Source: Nitrospirota bacterium (lineage in GTDB: Bacteria > Nitrospirota > UBA9217). Taken from it: 64,000 nt of DNA. The notes below the pieces were generated by a model, which ran no database searches, was not told the origin of the DNA, and was given only the letters and a program-made list of their open reading frames with translations. The stretch's first letter is position 1. Every line of letters starts with the position of its first letter. The position numbers and the translations under genes were made by a program. Below are positions 59,308 to 64,000 of this stretch, one piece after another. The DNA lies in NCBI GenBank assembly GCA_963790205.1, contig CAWBNQ010000001.1, forward strand, positions 192,001 through 256,000, written 5' to 3'.

Positions 59308-59871
59308 CTATTGTTCCTTCTCTTGCGGCGCTCTTTCTTGTTTCTCGGTCAACGGAGTCATGCGCGTGCCGCCATGCATCATTCTTTTCATCCCGGGACC
59401 CATTTCAAGCATCTCCTTGAATTGTTTTCTCTGTTCCGGCGTCAGTTTTGTCTTGACCTCCTGCATTGCTTTTATGTGGGAGAGGCGTATGTCCGTTTGG
59501 AGGGATGCCAGTTTTTTCAGCGTTGCCTCTGCCGCGTTCATATCCACCTGGTCCTTATCAAGAATCTCCCTTAAATCGATCCTGGCAATTGCGATATCGG
59601 CCCTTTTCATAATGGTATTCTTCATCACCCTGCTATGAATCTCCTTGATAGCCTCTTTCTGCTTTTCATCAAGACCGAGACTCATGAGACATCTCCAGAG
59701 AGAATGTTCTCGCCTCATCATCCTCATGCCGTCATGCCGCATCGGCGACATCATGGGCATGCCCTCTGCCGGGTAACCTTTTCCCGAACCGCATGTCTGC
59801 GCAGAAGAATAATGCGGTGCAAAAAACAGAACCAGAAAACCCAACAAGAGACCAGCTAAAATCCTTTTCAT
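59308..59871 (-). CDS. Spy/CpxP-family periplasmic chaperone
   Basis: Signal peptide, Met-rich region, LGLDEKQ and LTPEQ (LTxxQ) motifs. Confidence 0.85.
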   Translation of the reverse strand: MKRILAGLLLGFLVLFFAPHYSSAQTCGSGKGYPAEGMPMMSPMRHDGMRMMRREHSLWRCLMSLGLDEKQKEAIKEIHSRVMKNTIMKRADIAIARIDLREILDKDQVDMNAAEATLKKLASLQTDIRLSHIKAMQEVKTKLTPEQRKQFKEMLEMGPGMKRMMHGGTRMTPLTEKQERAPQEKEQ

Positions 59872-60047
59872 AGAAACCTCCTTAAATAAAATAAATTTGG
59901 CATTCAGCGCTGCCGTTTTCTTGACCACAACATAACAGTCAAATATGGCTCAAATGTGAAGGAATTGAGAAAATCCATCGGGATGTATTTTTTCACTTGC
60001 CATGGGTTACAATACGAATTAAGGTAAGAGGGGAGGTTTGACATTCC

Positions 60048-61481
60048 ATGAAGATCGGCATTACCTATCGGCTGTTTCTCTCTATCCTGGGGGCCACGGG
60101 CCTGGCCATTCTTTCCCTGTTTTTTATCATGCGGTGGAACATTGACCGGGGGTTTTATCAGTACCTCAAGACTCTGGATCAGAGCAGACTGGAGCAGATA
60201 GCCGCCAACCTGGAAGAGGCCTACACGAAACATGGGAATTGGGATTTTCTGAGAGACAACCCGAGACTCGAGATGGGAAGAAGCCTCCTGAATGCGCGGC
60301 CTGACGATGCCGCAGAGGGTACCTCGAATAAAATTGAAGACGGCCGGGAGACGCGGCCCCTGCCACGGGACCCACGGGGCGGTCGCCGCTCACGATGGCC
60401 CTTTATCGTTCTTGACGCAGAGCGAAAGCCGGTCTTCGGAAAAACCGGGGAAACGGAGGGGATGGACTTCAGACCTGTTTTCCACAACGGAACGACCGTG
60501 GGCTATATAGGCCTCCTGCCGCCAAAACAATTTCTGAACCCCCATCAGCTGCAGTTTCTCAGACAGCAGAAATCGGCTCTCTTCCTGGCCGCAGGCGGGA
60601 TGGTGCTGGCAGTCATGATATTTTCGTTCCCCTTGGCAAAACGCTTGGTGCGTCCGATAAAGGCTATGACTGCGGCAACCGATGCTCTTGCCTCCGGAAA
60701 GTATACGGTCCGCGTTCCGGCCGGCTCTTCGGATGAGTTGGGGCAGCTTGCCCGTAACTTTAACACGATGGCGTTGACCCTTGAGAAGAATGAACAGGCG
60801 CGGCGGCAATGGCTTGCCGACATTTCCCATGAACTGCGGACGCCCATTGCAGTGCTGCGGGGCGAACTTGAGGCGCTTTTGGATGGAATCCGCACCATTG
60901 CTCCGGAAACGGTGCAATCGCTTCACGCAGAGGCGATGCGCCTGAACCGTCTTGTGGATGACCTCTACCAGCTTTCCCTGTCCGATATCGGCGCCTTGAC
61001 CTACCGGAAGGAGAATCTAGATCTGGCCGAGGCGCTCGCGGATTCCCTGGAGTCCTACCGAACGGAGTTCGGCCGGAAGGGCATCGGAATCACCGAAGAT
61101 TTTTCCCGGGAACGAGAGGTCCCGGTGTTCGGCGACCGGGAACGGCTGAACCAGCTTTTCGCGAACGTGCTCGAGAATTCGCTGAGATACACTGACAGGG
61201 GAGGGGAGCTCGTCATCGGTCTTACGCTTACGGAAGGGCACGTCACCGTTGAATTTAAAGACTCTCCGCCGGGGGTGCCGAAGGAAGAACTGGACAGACT
61301 GTTCGAGCGTCTCTACCGCGTGGAAGGGTCTCGCAGCCGGACATCAGGCGGGGCGGGTCTCGGCCTGGCAATCTGCAAAAACATCGTCGAAGCCCACGAG
61401 GGAACGATCTCCGCCCATTCATCTCCGCTGGGCGGACTGCTGATCAGGATCACCTTCCCGGTCGCTGTGAGGAGCGTATGA
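60048..61481 (+). CDS. baeS: Sensor histidine kinase, BaeS-like
   Basis: Two TM helices, HAMP domain, ADISHELRTP, ENSLRYT and GAGLGLAI motifs. Confidence 0.85.
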   Translation: MKIGITYRLFLSILGATGLAILSLFFIMRWNIDRGFYQYLKTLDQSRLEQIAANLEEAYTKHGNWDFLRDNPRLEMGRSLLNARPDDAAEGTSNKIEDGRETRPLPRDPRGGRRSRWPFIVLDAERKPVFGKTGETEGMDFRPVFHNGTTVGYIGLLPPKQFLNPHQLQFLRQQKSALFLAAGGMVLAVMIFSFPLAKRLVRPIKAMTAATDALASGKYTVRVPAGSSDELGQLARNFNTMALTLEKNEQARRQWLADISHELRTPIAVLRGELEALLDGIRTIAPETVQSLHAEAMRLNRLVDDLYQLSLSDIGALTYRKENLDLAEALADSLESYRTEFGRKGIGITEDFSREREVPVFGDRERLNQLFANVLENSLRYTDRGGELVIGLTLTEGHVTVEFKDSPPGVPKEELDRLFERLYRVEGSRSRTSGGAGLGLAICKNIVEAHEGTISAHSSPLGGLLIRITFPVAVRSV

Positions 61482-62149
61482 ACGGAAAAATCCTCATTGT
61501 TGAGGACGAGGCGAAATTGGCGAACCTGCTGGTCGATTACTTAAGGGCATCCGGGTTCGAGCCTTTTTCGCTGGCAAATGGAAACGAGGCGGTGCCCTGG
61601 ATCAGGGAACACAAGCCGGACCTGGTGCTCCTCGATCTGATGCTGCCGGGACGCGAGGGGACGGATATCTGCAGGGAAGTCCGGACCTTTTCCCAGGTCC
61701 CCGTTATCATGGTGACGGCGAAGATTGAGGAGATCGACCGTTTACTCGGGCTCGAGCTCGGGGCCGACGACTATATCTGCAAGCCCTTCAGCCCCCGCGA
61801 AGTCGTTGCGCGGGTCAAGGCGGTCCTTCGGCGGGCTCGCGATGGAAAGACCGTTCAGGCGCACGGTCTCGTTCTGGATGAACACCGCTATCGGGCCACG
61901 TTCCGTGGACATGACCTGGGTCTCACGGCCGTGGAATTCAAGCTGCTGCAAGCCCTTGCCGTCAACCCGGGACGTTTATACGGCCGCCAGCAACTCATGG
62001 AAAAAATTTACCCGGATGACCGTTTCGTCAGCGACCGCACGATCGACGGCCATATAAAAAAATTGCGCAGGAAACTGGAGACGATCGACCCGGAAGCGAA
62101 GCTTATCCAGTCAGTATACGGCGTCGGCTACAAGCTTGAGCCCGAGTAG
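61478..62149 (+). CDS. baeR: OmpR-family response regulator, BaeR-like
   Basis: LLDLMLPG, EEIDRLLGLELGADDYICKPFSPREV and SVYGVGY motifs. Confidence 0.88.
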   Translation: MNGKILIVEDEAKLANLLVDYLRASGFEPFSLANGNEAVPWIREHKPDLVLLDLMLPGREGTDICREVRTFSQVPVIMVTAKIEEIDRLLGLELGADDYICKPFSPREVVARVKAVLRRARDGKTVQAHGLVLDEHRYRATFRGHDLGLTAVEFKLLQALAVNPGRLYGRQQLMEKIYPDDRFVSDRTIDGHIKKLRRKLETIDPEAKLIQSVYGVGYKLEPE

Positions 62150-62253
62150 TCATCAGTGCCGACTCCTTCGGGTATCTTCCCTGGTTGTCCCTTTCATCCT
62201 GACACCTTGTCTCTGTCTTTTACCTCACGCCGGTACTCCATTACCATCCTCCA

Positions 62254-63489
62254 TCACTTTCCCGAATCTAAAGTGTCGGTCCGCGCCAGCTGCGGGAAAA
62301 ACCGCATCCAGAGCGCGACGACGATGATCGTGCCGATGCCGCCGATCAGGACGGCGTAAACCGCGCCGAACCAGGCCGCAGTGATCCCCGACTCGAACTC
62401 TCCCAGTTGGTTCGATGTTCCGATGAACAAGGAGTTAACGGCGCTTACCCGGCCCCGCATCTCGTCAGGCGTCTCCATCTGGACCAGCGAGTGCCTGATG
62501 ACTACGCTGATCACGTCGGCGGCCCCGAGCACGGTAAGGGCGGCCAGGGACAGGATGAAGGACGTCGAAAGAGCGAACACGATGGTTGCGGCGCCGAAGA
62601 CCGCGACGGCGTTGAACATGGTCCTGCCCACGCGGCGCTTGAGCGGCCGGCGGGCCAGGAAAAGGGACATGGCGAGGGCGCCCACTGCAGGCGCCGACCG
62701 GAGGAGGCCCAGCCCCCACGGTCCGGTCATGAGAATGTCGCGCGCATAGATCGGCAAGAGAGCTGTAGCGCCGCCCAGAAGCACGGCAAAGAGGTCGAGG
62801 GATATGGCGCCCAGGACCTCGGGACGGCTGCGGATGAAGGTGATGCCGGCGAACACGGATTTTATGGTTGCGGGTTCGCGCGTGACGGAAGTGTGGGTAG
62901 AACGGATGAAACCGAGAAGTACGCTTGCAGCCAGGAACAGGACCCCCGCTGCCGCATAAACCTCGGTCGGGCCCGCCGTATACAGGAGGCCGCCGAGCGC
63001 CGGCCCGACAATGGTTGCCGTCTGCATGGCCGACGCGGACCAGGCAAGTGCTCGCGGAAGGAGCGGGCCGGGAACCAGGCCGGGCAGGAGCGACTGTATG
63101 GTCGGCCCTTCAAAGGCGTGTACGGCGCCGACGACGAACATGATGATGAGGATGGTTTCCTTGCTCTGCCAGCCGGCGGCGCTCCCCCAAGCCAGCGCGA
63201 AAGCGGCCAGGCCTTCAATGATCTGGCAGAGCCGCGCAATGGTGCGGCGATCGTACCGGTCTGCAACATGGCCCACAACGAGCGTCAGCAGGAACATGGG
63301 CAGGAACTGCGCAAGCCCGACGAGGCCGAGATACAATGCACTGCCGGTGAGGGCATAGATCTGCCAACCCACGGCAACGGCCTGCATCTGGAAGGCGACC
63401 ATGGTCGCCACCCGGGCGAACCAGAACAGGGCGAACGAACGGTGCCGCAGGATCGCTTGCGGTTCATCTGGATCGAGAGAGGAAATCAT
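62254..63489 (-). CDS. MFS transporter (EntS/DHA3-like)
   Basis: GHVADRYDRR, LDLFAVLLGGATALLP and RGRVSAVN...SNQLGEFESG motifs. Confidence 0.9.
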   Translation of the reverse strand: MISSLDPDEPQAILRHRSFALFWFARVATMVAFQMQAVAVGWQIYALTGSALYLGLVGLAQFLPMFLLTLVVGHVADRYDRRTIARLCQIIEGLAAFALAWGSAAGWQSKETILIIMFVVGAVHAFEGPTIQSLLPGLVPGPLLPRALAWSASAMQTATIVGPALGGLLYTAGPTEVYAAAGVLFLAASVLLGFIRSTHTSVTREPATIKSVFAGITFIRSRPEVLGAISLDLFAVLLGGATALLPIYARDILMTGPWGLGLLRSAPAVGALAMSLFLARRPLKRRVGRTMFNAVAVFGAATIVFALSTSFILSLAALTVLGAADVISVVIRHSLVQMETPDEMRGRVSAVNSLFIGTSNQLGEFESGITAAWFGAVYAVLIGGIGTIIVVALWMRFFPQLARTDTLDSGK

Positions 63490-63878
63490 GTCGTTATTTA
63501 TGATAGACCGTGCGGGATTCTACTCGAGGACGTATTCATACCTTTCTTCAATCCTGGGAGGATAAAAACCGATTGCGTGGACTTCAGCGGGGTTCAAGAA
63601 TCTGGGGAAAAAGCTCTCCCGCCTTTCTATGGCATCTTTATATACCATAATTACGCGGAGAAGTAAGGATTTTTTTAGACGAGGAAGCAAGATTCGCGTC
63701 AACGCTGTTGGGATTTATCAAGTCCGTCACATAGGCAGCCGAGCCTATATTCTAAGTCACTCGACTGATTCAAGCGCACCGCCCCGCTCATTTTCCATCA
63801 CCTATTTTCCGGCTACGATAAACATCGTAATCCGGCACAAGACGATCATAGTCGCCATCCATCAAGGGGGAGGATATC

Positions 63879-64000
63879 ATGAAATCGGCGGAGGCGCGAT
63901 TGCAGGCAATTGGAATATTCCAAACTACCGCCATGCGCAAGAGCGCCTTAACATCCGGATCGTGGGGCTGCGGTTCGAGCGGGTCCCAGAAAAAGATGAG
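63879..64000 (+). CDS. Partial ORF running off the window end
   Basis: Strong RBS ggagg before ATG; open to the end of the window. Confidence 0.35.
   Translation, partial: MKSAEARLQAIGIFQTTAMRKSALTSGSWGCGSSGSQKKM

Overview
Bacterial chromosomal window, GC-rich backbone; gene content suggests an anaerobic Nitrospirota/Desulfobacterota-like organism (inference). 1-12.7 kb: minus-strand dcw cluster (mraZ, STAS gene, rsmH, ftsL, ftsI, murE, murF, mraY, murD, ftsW, murG, murC). 12.8-24.4 kb: housekeeping genes (prfC, trpB2, cluster-less MutY-like glycosylase, Smr, radical SAM) and a candidate structured ncRNA. Several genes in the first 17.3 kb carry single-base insertions that look like sequencing errors. 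About 25-38.8 kb: accessory island rich in a REP-like GGGGTCAG/CTGACCCC motif. It holds a RAYT transposase remnant, an IS1182 element and a MITE with the same ends, and an IS1111-type IS110 element whose non-coding end contains readable target and donor guides (bridge/seekRNA). It also holds an AT-rich, translationally coupled five-gene operon (Vsr, 5mC methyltransferase, ParB-like protein, SNF2 helicase, probable DUF3883-type nuclease truncated by IS1182), the best candidate for an undescribed defence system. 38.9-64 kb: B12 radical SAM, SprT-like protease, MdtABC RND pump, DUF2844/DUF3443 pair, MacAB-TolC, Skp, Spy/CpxP, BaeSR-like two-component system and an MFS transporter. All calls come from motif reading only; no database searches were run.
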